DNA of 64,000 nucleotides. It comes from Clostridia bacterium (GTDB taxonomy: Bacteria; Bacillota; Clostridia; Oscillospirales; CAG-272). A program made the translations under genes and the position numbers. Shown piece by piece: positions 27,126 to 34,998 of this stretch; the first letter of the stretch is position 1, and each line of letters opens with the position of its first letter. The notes beneath the pieces were generated by a model. It was not told where the DNA came from. It saw only the letters and a program-made list of their open reading frames with translations, and did no database searches. Location of the stretch: contig JAGCXA010000006.1 in the NCBI GenBank assembly GCA_017961575.1, forward strand, positions 1,672-65,671. Reading direction: 5' to 3'.

Positions 27126-28023
27126 ACTCGCCGAATCCTTCTATCTGACCTACGGTCGGGATCTCATCGCCGCGACCGTCCCGGAAGCGGTCGGGAGGAT
27201 CGCCGTCGGGATCGCGGGGCAGGGGTCGGAGTGTTTCGGATACGACGACGATCTCTCGCGCGACCACGACTACGAGCCCGGCTTTTCCATCTGGCTCTCG
27301 GACGAGGACGACGTGAAATACGGCGTCGCGCTCGCACGCGCCTACCGGACGCTCCCGCGGGAGTACGCCGGCGTAAAACTGCGTTCCAGAACGGGGGAGA
27401 ACACGCGCTTCGGCGTTTCGACCGCCGACGGTTTCTTCCGCTCGACGGTCGGGCGGATCGACGTCCCGACCGATCCCATGGAGTGGATGGCGATTCCCGA
27501 TCACGCGATCGCCGTCGCCGTGAACGGAAAGATTTTTCGGGACGACGCCGGGATTATGACGCGCCGCCGCGAGGGGTTCCGCTACGGGATGCCGGGCGAC
27601 GTCCGGACGCAGAAACTCGCCGCGCGGATTGCCCTGATGGCGCAGGCGGGGGATTACAACTATCCCCGGATGCTCTCGCGCGGGGACCAAGCCGCGGCGA
27701 GGCTCGCCGTCGCCGAGTACGTCCGGCACGCCCTCGCCGCCGTGTACCTTGTCGCGGGAGAACCCCGTCCTTATTACAAATGGCAGTTCCGCGGACTTCT
27801 CGATCTGCCGTGTCTTCGTGAAACGCACGAACCGCTTTCGCGACTTCTTGCCGGGGGGGATCGGGCGACGACGCTCGCGGCGATCGCGGAGGTGAACGAG
27901 TCGATCACACGCGAACTTTCGGCAGGGAAAACGCCGCTTGACCGACTGGCGCAGGAGATGCACGCGTCGATCAAAGACCGTCGCGTCCGCGAACTGCATC
28001 TGATGGAATACGGCGCGGAATGA
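27112..28023 (+). CDS. Pol-beta-type nucleotidyltransferase with DUF4037-like C-terminal region
   Basis: 303 aa; 14-nt overlap with the TPR gene; GQGSECFGYDDDLSRDHD NTase motif. Confidence 0.65.
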   Translation: MNGIELAESFYLTYGRDLIAATVPEAVGRIAVGIAGQGSECFGYDDDLSRDHDYEPGFSIWLSDEDDVKYGVALARAYRTLPREYAGVKLRSRTGENTRFGVSTADGFFRSTVGRIDVPTDPMEWMAIPDHAIAVAVNGKIFRDDAGIMTRRREGFRYGMPGDVRTQKLAARIALMAQAGDYNYPRMLSRGDQAAARLAVAEYVRHALAAVYLVAGEPRPYYKWQFRGLLDLPCLRETHEPLSRLLAGGDRATTLAAIAEVNESITRELSAGKTPLDRLAQEMHASIKDRRVRELHLMEYGAE

Positions 28024-28094
28024 CCCCGAAAACCGTCTGTTTCGCGGCTTTTCGCCTCGTTTGACCGAAAACCCCGGTTTTTCCCGAAAAACAC

Positions 28095-28123
28095 TTGACA
28101 CACCGACGGGGGGTGTGTATAAT
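28095..28123 (+). promoter_or_regulatory. sigma-A promoter of ECF S-component gene
   Basis: -35 TTGACA (28095..28100), 17 nt, -10 TATAAT (28118..28123). Confidence 0.65.
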
Positions 28124-28169
28124 AGGAATAATTATTTGCAGGGACTTCCCCGAAAAAGAGGTAGAGACA

Positions 28170-28877
28170 ATGAAGACAAGTACGCTGAATCAAAAACAGT
28201 TGCAGGATATGGTGCTGACCGCGGTGCTCGCGGCGCTCGTTCTGCTGATGAGTTTTACGCCGCTCGGCTATCTCCGGGTCGGGGTCGTCAGCATCACCTT
28301 TCTGACGATTCCCGTCGCGATCGGCGCGATGGTCGTCGGACCCTACGCCGGATTGTTTCTCGGTGCGCTGTTCGGGCTTACCAGTCTGATACAGGCGATT
28401 ACGGGCGATCCGGTCGGGCAGGTCTTGCTCGGAGTCAATCCTTTTCTGACCGGCGTTCTCTGCATCGTACCGCGCGCCCTGATGGGATATCTGACCGGAT
28501 TCCTTTTCAAAATTTATCGGAAGTTAAGCAAACGTGAGCCTGCGATCCCGATGGCGCTCGGCGGCGCGACCGCCTCGCTTCTGAACACGATCCTTTTCGT
28601 CGGCGGGTTTATCGGCTTCTATCTGATTTACCGCAACCATCCCGATTTCGGAACGTACAGCGTCTGGGGGATCATCGTTTCGGTTCTGACGGTCAACGCT
28701 TTGATCGAACTTGCCGCCGGGATCGTGCTTTCCGCCGGGGTTTCCCGCGCCCTCGTGCAGTTTTTGCCCGGCGGACGTCAGCACGGCGCCGAGCGCGACG
28801 AGTGGTCGATCTCCGAACCGACGGATGAAATCAAGGACGCTCAGCCGACCGAAAACGGGGAAGACGAAAACGCCTGA
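28170..28877 (+). CDS. ECF transporter S component (substrate unknown), acidic C-terminal tail
   Basis: 235 aa from ATG 28170; six predicted TM helices; no adjacent ECF A/T genes and no recognisable riboswitch. Confidence 0.65.
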   Translation: MKTSTLNQKQLQDMVLTAVLAALVLLMSFTPLGYLRVGVVSITFLTIPVAIGAMVVGPYAGLFLGALFGLTSLIQAITGDPVGQVLLGVNPFLTGVLCIVPRALMGYLTGFLFKIYRKLSKREPAIPMALGGATASLLNTILFVGGFIGFYLIYRNHPDFGTYSVWGIIVSVLTVNALIELAAGIVLSAGVSRALVQFLPGGRQHGAERDEWSISEPTDEIKDAQPTENGEDENA

Positions 28878-28910
28878 CGAACAGACGAAAACCAAGAGAG
28901 GAGGGGTGTT

Positions 28911-29708
28911 ATGCTGTCCGGGATCTCGCAAAAGCGTCTGTTTCTGCTCGATCTGGACGGGACGCTCTACCTCGACGAAACGCTCTTTGAGGGGACGCTT
29001 CCGTTTCTTTCCCGTGTGAGGGAGATCGGCGGACGCGCCCTCTTTCTTACCAACAACTCCTCCCGCGGCGCCGATGCGTATATCGAGAAAATGGCGCGGC
29101 TGGGGATTGCTTCGACCGAGGACGATTTTCTGACCTCGACCGACGCGACGGTACGCTATCTTGAAGAAAACCATTCCGGCACGCTCTTTTACGTTGCCGG
29201 GACGGAGTCTTTTCGTTCACAGCTGCAAAGCGCGGGGATCGCCGTTACGACCGACCGGAACGACCCGGCGATCGGCGGGGTTCTGCTCGGATTCGACACC
29301 GAACTGACCTTCTCGAAACTTGAGGACGTCTGCGTTCTTCTCCGCCGCGATCTCCCGTATCTTGCGACCAACCCCGACCTCGTCTGTCCGACTTGGTACG
29401 GGTCGGTGCCCGACTGCGGTTCGGTCTCGAAAATGATCGAAAACGCGACGGGGAAGACCCCGCGCTTCATCGGTAAACCTGAACCCGAAATGATCCTGCT
29501 CGCACTTGAAAAAACGGGCTACGGTAAATCCGACGCCCTGATGATCGGGGATCGGGTCTATACCGACGTCGCCGCCGGCGTCAACGCCGGGATCGATACC
29601 GTTCTCGTCCTCTCGGGCGAGGGAACCGTCGCCGACGCGGAAGCGTCGGACAAGAAACCGACCTGGATCCTGCCCGATATTTCCTTCGTCACGCGGCAAC
29701 TATCCTGA
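28911..29708 (+). CDS. HAD-IIA family hydrolase (NagD-like sugar phosphatase)
   Basis: 265 aa; LLDLDGTLY, FLTNNSS, GDRVYTDV motifs. Confidence 0.8.
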   Translation: MLSGISQKRLFLLDLDGTLYLDETLFEGTLPFLSRVREIGGRALFLTNNSSRGADAYIEKMARLGIASTEDDFLTSTDATVRYLEENHSGTLFYVAGTESFRSQLQSAGIAVTTDRNDPAIGGVLLGFDTELTFSKLEDVCVLLRRDLPYLATNPDLVCPTWYGSVPDCGSVSKMIENATGKTPRFIGKPEPEMILLALEKTGYGKSDALMIGDRVYTDVAAGVNAGIDTVLVLSGEGTVADAEASDKKPTWILPDISFVTRQLS

Positions 29709-29729
29709 ACGAAAAACCGTCACTCAAAC

Positions 29730-29812
29730 GCGGGTATGGCGGAATTGGCAGACGCGCCGGATTTAGGTTCCGGTTCGAAAGAGTGCAGGTTCAAGTCCTG
29801 TTACCCGTACCA
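29730..29812 (+). tRNA. tRNA-Leu (anticodon UAG), CCA encoded
   Basis: GCGGGTA..CCGGA-TTTAGGT-TCCGG..variable arm..GCAGG-TTCAAGT-CCTGT-TACCCGT-A-CCA; G1-U72 and G49-U65 wobble pairs. Confidence 0.85.
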
Positions 29813-29855
29813 CAAGGGGAGCGCCTGAAAAGGCGCTCCCCTTGTGGTACGGGTA
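29802..29855 (+). other. 24-bp perfect hairpin that includes the last 11 nt of tRNA-Leu(UAG)
   Basis: TACCCGTACCACAAGGGGAGCGCC-TGAAAA-GGCGCTCCCCTTGTGGTACGGGTA; not followed by a U-tract. Confidence 0.9.
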
Positions 29856-29858
29856 CTC

Positions 29859-29897
29859 GGTGAAAGGAACCTGCACCGAGAATGACCGCGTGAGCGG
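29859..29897. repeat. ~38-nt direct repeat copy 1 (core GAACCTGCACCGAGAATGACCG)
   Basis: Core 29867..29888 matches 30014..30035 at 21/22. GAACCTGCAC is the reverse complement of the tRNA T-stem region GTGCAGGTTC. Confidence 0.8.
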
Positions 29898-29965
29898 TCA
29901 TTCTCTGCGCTTGCCGTTCGCATAGTTTCCCTTTCAACAGAGCCGGCGGCAAGCGCGCGCAGCGT

Positions 29966-29977
29966 TTCAAGTCCTGT
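29966..29977 (+). other. 12-nt copy of the tRNA-Leu(UAG) T-loop segment (TTCAAGTCCTGT)
   Basis: Identical to 29790..29801; the flanks cannot form a T-arm. Confidence 0.6.
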
Positions 29978-30007
29978 CGGGCGCACCCGTTTGTCTATCT
30001 GATAAAA

Positions 30008-30045
30008 TGTAAAGAACCTGCACCGAGTATGACCGTGCGAGGCGG
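30008..30045. repeat. ~38-nt direct repeat copy 2 (core GAACCTGCACCGAGTATGACCG)
   Basis: See copy 1; the copies start 149 nt apart (cores 147 nt apart). Confidence 0.8.
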
Positions 30046-30334
30046 TTCTTTACGCCTTCGGTTTTTTACGTTCAGAAAAAGCAACTTCAACAAAAAACGG
30101 GGGCGCGATTTGGTCAGAATGACACGATTCGGCTTCCTTGCCTTTTTGCTATGTTTGAAAAGACCGCTTTGAAAAACGCAAAGAATATGAAGCAAATCGC
30201 GTCCTTGTTTCAGAAAATCAAAACGGAACAACACGCTTTTCTGCACCTTGCTTTTCTTCTCCTTTTGCAAGAAAGAAGAAGCGAGGCGCGTCTTTTGTTT
30301 TATCGTTCTTTTTTGACTCTCTCGCGCGCGGTTA

Positions 30335-30363
30335 TTGCTTTTTTTTACAAATTGAGTTATAAT
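30335..30363 (+). promoter_or_regulatory. sigma-A promoter of secreted phosphoesterase gene
   Basis: -35 TTGCTT (30335..30340), 17 nt, -10 TATAAT (30358..30363), within an AT-rich spacer. Confidence 0.5.
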
Positions 30364-30427
30364 TTTTTTCGTTGATCGAATTTTTTCCGGGTCGCGGGGA
30401 TTGACCCGCGGCAAAAAGGAGTTATCT

Positions 30428-32959
30428 ATGCGCGTTTCCGCATTCAAAAACAAGGCGTTGTTTTCCGCGGCTTTGGCTTCGGTTCTGCTTGCCTTCTCGC
30501 TTCTTCTTGTTTTCGCCTTCCGTGCGCTGGCGGTTGAGCCGGGGGACGAGATCGCCGACTTCGGCTTCCAGACGGTCGCGGGAGATACCTTTTCGTCCGA
30601 GAGTACGGCGCTCCGCTTCGTCTTTACCGTCGGTTCGCTCGACTATACCCGCGTCGGCTTCGTGATCTCGAAAACCAATCAGAACCCGACGTTAGACGGG
30701 CTTGACTGCACGGTTCAGGATACGACCGTCGTTTATTCTTCGATCACGGCGGACGGGGAACTTGTTCCCGCATCGACCGGACGATATTGGGTGGCGCTCA
30801 GAATGACGGACGTCCCGCACGAATCCTTTAACGAAAACGTCTACGTCAACGCCTTCGTCGAGGACGGTTCGGGCGTTCGATATGCGACGCCGCAGCGTTT
30901 GACCATCCGGGAAGGGTTCGAGGAGGAATACGAGTTCACGCCGGTTCTGCGCGTCGTTCTCTCGTCGGATATCCACACCCGTATCGAGGGGGAATCGGTG
31001 GAAGGTTACAAAGCGACGCGGGACGAGGACGTGCTTTCGGCGTCGCGGACGGCGCAACTGTTCCGCGCGACCTACGCCTATGCCGACGGCGAGGTTTACA
31101 AGGGTCTTGACGCCGTGCTCGTCGCGGGCGACTATACCGACGACGGACGGCTCTCGCAATACAACCGATTCTTCCAGATCGTAGAGGACAATATCCGCCC
31201 CGGAACCCAACTGCTCGCTTGCCTCGGCAATCACGAGTTCCGGAATACGGGCGAGGACAACGTGTCCAATCACTCGTCCTTCTCCGGGACGTATGACCGT
31301 TTTCTTGATTATTTCGGCGAATACGGCTACGACGACGTCGACGACGTCCGCGTCATCAACGGCTTCACCTTCATCGGGTTCAGCCCGGATAAACAGGGCG
31401 GTCGCGGCTTCTCGGCGTCCAAGGCGGCGTGGCTTGACGAGCAACTCGCCGCGGCGGCGGCAAGCGATCCCACGGGCAAAAAACCGATCTTCGTCTACGG
31501 TCACGTGCCGGTCTGGGATACCTGTCTCGGGAGCATCCGTGAAAATAACTACGACACCGACGGCATCGGAGAAGTGCTTGAAAAGTACCCGCAAGTCGTC
31601 TACGTCACGGGGCATACCCACGTGCCTTGCTGCGACCCCGAATCGGTCTGGCAGGGAAGTTTTACCGCGATCAACACCGGGACGTTTGCAAACGAGGACT
31701 GTCCCTTCTACACGGGCGACGGTACGACCCGGAGCAGTTTCTTCCAGTTCGACGCCCACGGCGCGTATCAGGACGTGATGCTCGGACGGTATTTCGAGCG
31801 GTCGATGCGCTACGCCTCGGTTTATACCATAGTGGAGGTCGACGCGAACGGCGTCGTGCGTCTCCGCTACTACAACGCCGACGCCGACTGCTTCGTTTTC
31901 GAGCCGGTTCTCATCACCTCGATCGGAGACCCCGATCTGTTCTCCTTCACCGACGGGCGAAAGGAGATCTCGAAGGCGCCGACCTTCTCCGAGCCGCTTG
32001 ACCTGCTCACCTCGTCCTTTGCCTCGATCCGCGTCCGGATCCCGAACGCGACCTGCCCCGACTACGTGCGGAGTTATCGCGCCGACCTGATCAAAAACGG
32101 CGAGATCGTCGATACCGTCTATCGGCAGGCGTGTCAGCACATTCTTCCGCTCCCCGAAATTACGGCTTCGTTTTCGGGGCTTGATCCCGATACCGACTAC
32201 ACCGTCCGCGTCTACGCCTACAACGCCTACGGCAAGATGAGCGACCCGATCGAGGTCGACGCGCACACCGACGCCGTCACGGCGAACAATCCCGTCCCCG
32301 ACGTCTTCTCGTTCGGGTTCGACGGGGAAGGGGTCGCGCGCAACCTGCTCACGGGCGAGGCGCTGACCGCGATGGGCGAACCGGGCGTTTTGTCCGACGG
32401 CAGCGGCGGATATTACGCCGTCTTTGACGGCGACGACGGTTTTAAGTGGGACGGGATCGGCGACTTCTACGACGCGATGAACACCGGTTTCACCTTCGAG
32501 TGGATCGGACAGGTTGCGGAGGCGGTACCCTACGCGACCGAATACGTCAATCTCACGTCCAATCAGGAAACCGGCGGAATGGGTCTCGAATACAACCGGG
32601 ACGGAAAGGCGTACCTCTTCGTTTACGTGATGAAGTCGAACAAAACGAGCGACTATTACGGCGCGGGCGCGACGATCCCGATCGGAGAGACGGTCCATCT
32701 CGTCGGTACCTACGACGGTTCGGTCATCCGCTTCTACGTCAACGGCGAACTTGCCGCGTCGAATGCGATCGCAGGCAAGGTCTGGTTCCCGCTGAAAGAG
32801 GACGCCCGGTATCTTGTCGTCGGCGGCGATTCGACAAGACTCCCTTGGTGGACCGAACGCAATATGAACGGAGAGACCCGGGCGATGAACGTCTACTCGG
32901 CTCCGCTCTCCGCCGACGAAGTTTACGCCAAGTATCAGGCGTCGGGTTTGGCGGACTGA
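30428..32959 (+). CDS. secreted metallophosphoesterase with FN3-like and LamG/concanavalin-like C-terminal domains
   Basis: 843 aa from ATG 30428 (AAAGGAG RBS); signal peptide; SSDIH, GDYTDDG, GNHEF, GHVP, GHTH phosphoesterase blocks; C-terminal VHLVGTYDGSVIRFYVNGEL LamG pattern. Confidence 0.8.
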   Translation: MRVSAFKNKALFSAALASVLLAFSLLLVFAFRALAVEPGDEIADFGFQTVAGDTFSSESTALRFVFTVGSLDYTRVGFVISKTNQNPTLDGLDCTVQDTTVVYSSITADGELVPASTGRYWVALRMTDVPHESFNENVYVNAFVEDGSGVRYATPQRLTIREGFEEEYEFTPVLRVVLSSDIHTRIEGESVEGYKATRDEDVLSASRTAQLFRATYAYADGEVYKGLDAVLVAGDYTDDGRLSQYNRFFQIVEDNIRPGTQLLACLGNHEFRNTGEDNVSNHSSFSGTYDRFLDYFGEYGYDDVDDVRVINGFTFIGFSPDKQGGRGFSASKAAWLDEQLAAAAASDPTGKKPIFVYGHVPVWDTCLGSIRENNYDTDGIGEVLEKYPQVVYVTGHTHVPCCDPESVWQGSFTAINTGTFANEDCPFYTGDGTTRSSFFQFDAHGAYQDVMLGRYFERSMRYASVYTIVEVDANGVVRLRYYNADADCFVFEPVLITSIGDPDLFSFTDGRKEISKAPTFSEPLDLLTSSFASIRVRIPNATCPDYVRSYRADLIKNGEIVDTVYRQACQHILPLPEITASFSGLDPDTDYTVRVYAYNAYGKMSDPIEVDAHTDAVTANNPVPDVFSFGFDGEGVARNLLTGEALTAMGEPGVLSDGSGGYYAVFDGDDGFKWDGIGDFYDAMNTGFTFEWIGQVAEAVPYATEYVNLTSNQETGGMGLEYNRDGKAYLFVYVMKSNKTSDYYGAGATIPIGETVHLVGTYDGSVIRFYVNGELAASNAIAGKVWFPLKEDARYLVVGGDSTRLPWWTERNMNGETRAMNVYSAPLSADEVYAKYQASGLAD

Positions 32960-32971
32960 ACAACCGAAAAC

Positions 32972-33010
32972 AAAAGGCGGGGATCGCTCATCGGCGATCC
33001 CCACCTTTTT
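32972..33010. terminator. bidirectional terminator
   Basis: AAAAGGCGGGGATCGC-loop-GCGATCCCCACCTTTTT. Confidence 0.7.
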
Positions 33011-33018
33011 ACCTTCGT

Positions 33019-33549
33019 TTATCGGATCCATTTGTCGGTTGGCGTCGGGGACGGATAGCCCCAGTCCTCGCCGACGTCGTGGACGACGAGCGAAAAGCCG
33101 TTCTTCCGGAGCACTCCGGCGGACGCCGCGTTCTCGCACATCGTGCTCGCGGTCACAATCTCTATGTCGGTTTCATTGTAGAGATAGTCGATCATCACAC
33201 CGAGCGTTTCGGTAGCGATCCCGCGTCCCCACGCGCGCTCGATCAAGCGGTATCCGACGCTGATCTTGCGGATCGGCGCGCGATAGCCGCAGAATTCCGC
33301 CAGCCCGAGAAACGAGTCGCCCTCAAATACGCCGAGTATGACCGAATCCTTGATACACTCGGTATAGAGACGCGCGATCACGGTTTTCGCGTCGGGATAC
33401 TTTTTCTCGAACAGGAACGTCGGGAGAAAGCGGTAGACGCGGGGATTATCCGTCAACTCCGAAAGGGCGGGCGCGTCGGACGGGACGAGCGGGCGGAGCG
33501 TCAGGCGCGCGCCGGAGAGCGTCGGGAGCGTGGAAAACAGATTTCGCAC
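33019..33549 (-). CDS. GNAT family N-acetyltransferase (RimJ/RimL-like)
   Basis: 176 aa; LRPL..D...L N-terminus and RAWGRGIATE acetyl-CoA loop. Confidence 0.75.
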   Translation of the reverse strand: MRNLFSTLPTLSGARLTLRPLVPSDAPALSELTDNPRVYRFLPTFLFEKKYPDAKTVIARLYTECIKDSVILGVFEGDSFLGLAEFCGYRAPIRKISVGYRLIERAWGRGIATETLGVMIDYLYNETDIEIVTASTMCENAASAGVLRKNGFSLVVHDVGEDWGYPSPTPTDKWIR

Positions 33550-33569
33550 TTCCGTTTTCCTTTCCTCTG

Positions 33570-34787
33570 TCAGTTCTTTTCAAACGGATAGTACTTTGCC
33601 AAACCGCCCGACGAAGTTTCCCGATAGCCGAGCGGCAGATCGGTTCCCGTGTTGTACATCGTTTTCACGACGAGATCGAAACTGATCTTGTGAGAATCGG
33701 CAAGGAAGTTGGCGAGCGACAGCGCGTTGATCGCCCGCATCGCCGCGACGGCGTTCCGTTCGATGCACGGGATCTGCACAAGCCCGCCGATCGGGTCGCA
33801 GGTCAGTCCGAGATGGTGTTCTATCGCGACTTCGGCGGCGTAATCCATCTGATCGAATCCCATACCGAACAGTTCGGCGAGAGCCGCCGCCGCCATCGAG
33901 CAAGCAGAACCGATCTCGGCTTGACACCCGCACTCGGCGCCGCTGATCGAGGCGTTCGTTTTAATGATATTGCCGATCACGCCCGCCGCCGCAAGCGCGT
34001 GAAGGATCTCGGCGTCGGAAAAGCCGCGCGACTCCTGCATATAGCGAAGAACGGCGGGGAGCACGCCAGAAGAACCGCAGGTCGGCGCGGTCACGATCAC
34101 CCCGCCCGCCGCGTTTTCCTCCCCGACGGCAAAGGCGTATGACGAAACCAGACGGTTTTCCCGCGTCTGAGGGGATTCGTCGATGTGCTTCTTCTGATAA
34201 ATGATCTGCGCGCGGCGCTCGGTGCCGAGCCCGCCGGGAAGGACCCCCCTGACCGACAGTCCGCGGTTGATCGACGCCTTCATGGCGCCCCATACCTTTT
34301 CAAGATAAGGGAAGAGTTCTTTTCCCTCGATCGCCTCGGCGTACTGCCAGAGCCGGAGGTTGTTCGCGGCGCATTCCCGCGCGATATCGTGAAAAGTCGA
34401 AAGAGGATAGATCCCTTCGCCGCATCCTTCACAGTCGGGGAAGATCGCGCCGCCCCCGATGCTCCACACTCGCTCGCGCGCAAGTTCTTTTCCCTTTTTG
34501 AAGAGGGTAAAGTCCATCATGTTCGGGTGGCGTTCGGTCGGCGTCTTTCGGTCGAAAACCACTTCCCCCGTCAGGGGAGACAGCGTTTCGCGGATCACGC
34601 GGTCGGTCCCGTGTCCCTCTCCCGTCATGGCGAGCGAACCGTAGAGCATGACACGATAGCCGTCGGCGTCGGGGTATTTCTTTTTCATTTGCAGGCTGGC
34701 GCGCTCCGGGCCCATCGTGTGGGAACTCGACGGACCGCGCCCGATCCGATACAGTTCACGGATCGAAAGCATCTTTTTGTCGTTCAT
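33570..34787 (-). CDS. sdaA: L-serine ammonia-lyase, iron-sulfur dependent, single-chain form
   Basis: 405 aa from ATG 34787; YRIGRGPSSSHTMGP N-terminus, CGSSGVLP and SGAECGCQAEIGSA motifs. Confidence 0.85.
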   Translation of the reverse strand: MNDKKMLSIRELYRIGRGPSSSHTMGPERASLQMKKKYPDADGYRVMLYGSLAMTGEGHGTDRVIRETLSPLTGEVVFDRKTPTERHPNMMDFTLFKKGKELARERVWSIGGGAIFPDCEGCGEGIYPLSTFHDIARECAANNLRLWQYAEAIEGKELFPYLEKVWGAMKASINRGLSVRGVLPGGLGTERRAQIIYQKKHIDESPQTRENRLVSSYAFAVGEENAAGGVIVTAPTCGSSGVLPAVLRYMQESRGFSDAEILHALAAAGVIGNIIKTNASISGAECGCQAEIGSACSMAAAALAELFGMGFDQMDYAAEVAIEHHLGLTCDPIGGLVQIPCIERNAVAAMRAINALSLANFLADSHKISFDLVVKTMYNTGTDLPLGYRETSSGGLAKYYPFEKN

Positions 34788-34941
34788 CGTTTCGCCTCGC
34801 AGATACGTTCGTTTGTCCATATTATAGCACGTTTCGTCTTCGTTTTCCACTCTTTCGCGTCACGTTTTTCCCGCATTGCCGACTTGTGGCGAAAAAGGCG
34901 CGGTTTCAAACACTTTTTTCATCTTTTTTTGCCTTTTTTGC

Positions 34942-34970
34942 TTGCGTCGGGAGGGCGCGTGTGCTATAAT
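34942..34970 (+). promoter_or_regulatory. sigma-A promoter of SGNH hydrolase gene
   Basis: -35 TTGCGT (34942..34947), 17 nt, GTGCTATAAT (34961..34970). Confidence 0.5.
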
Positions 34971-34998
34971 TGGAAAAGAAATCTTTTGGAGGATCACA

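Noticed and set aside
24799-28023. A CBASS-like reading of an E1/ThiF-like protein next to nucleotidyltransferases.
   Set aside because: The ThiF-like protein has the size and motifs of housekeeping TcdA (CPLARV, and no E2 or JAB partner). The NTases lack CD-NTase features, and no effector gene is present.
29995-30453. ORFs of 152 aa (minus strand) and 74 aa (plus strand, 30151..30375) in the AT-rich spacer.
   Set aside because: They have no Shine-Dalgarno sequence, give Lys/Leu/Phe-rich junk translations, and overlap the promoter and 5' UTR of the phosphoesterase gene.
30692-33139. An 815-aa minus-strand ORF antisense to the phosphoesterase gene, and similar long shadow ORFs (for example 5259..6713, 10660..12129, 11972..13822, 25254..27113, 43683..45404, 49760..51661, 49765..52089, 61089..62597).
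   Set aside because: Their translations are Arg/Gly/Pro/Asp-rich low-complexity sequence with no family motifs and no RBS or start context. Each lies fully inside a gene with clear conserved motifs on the other strand or frame. This is the typical stop-codon depletion of GC-rich DNA.
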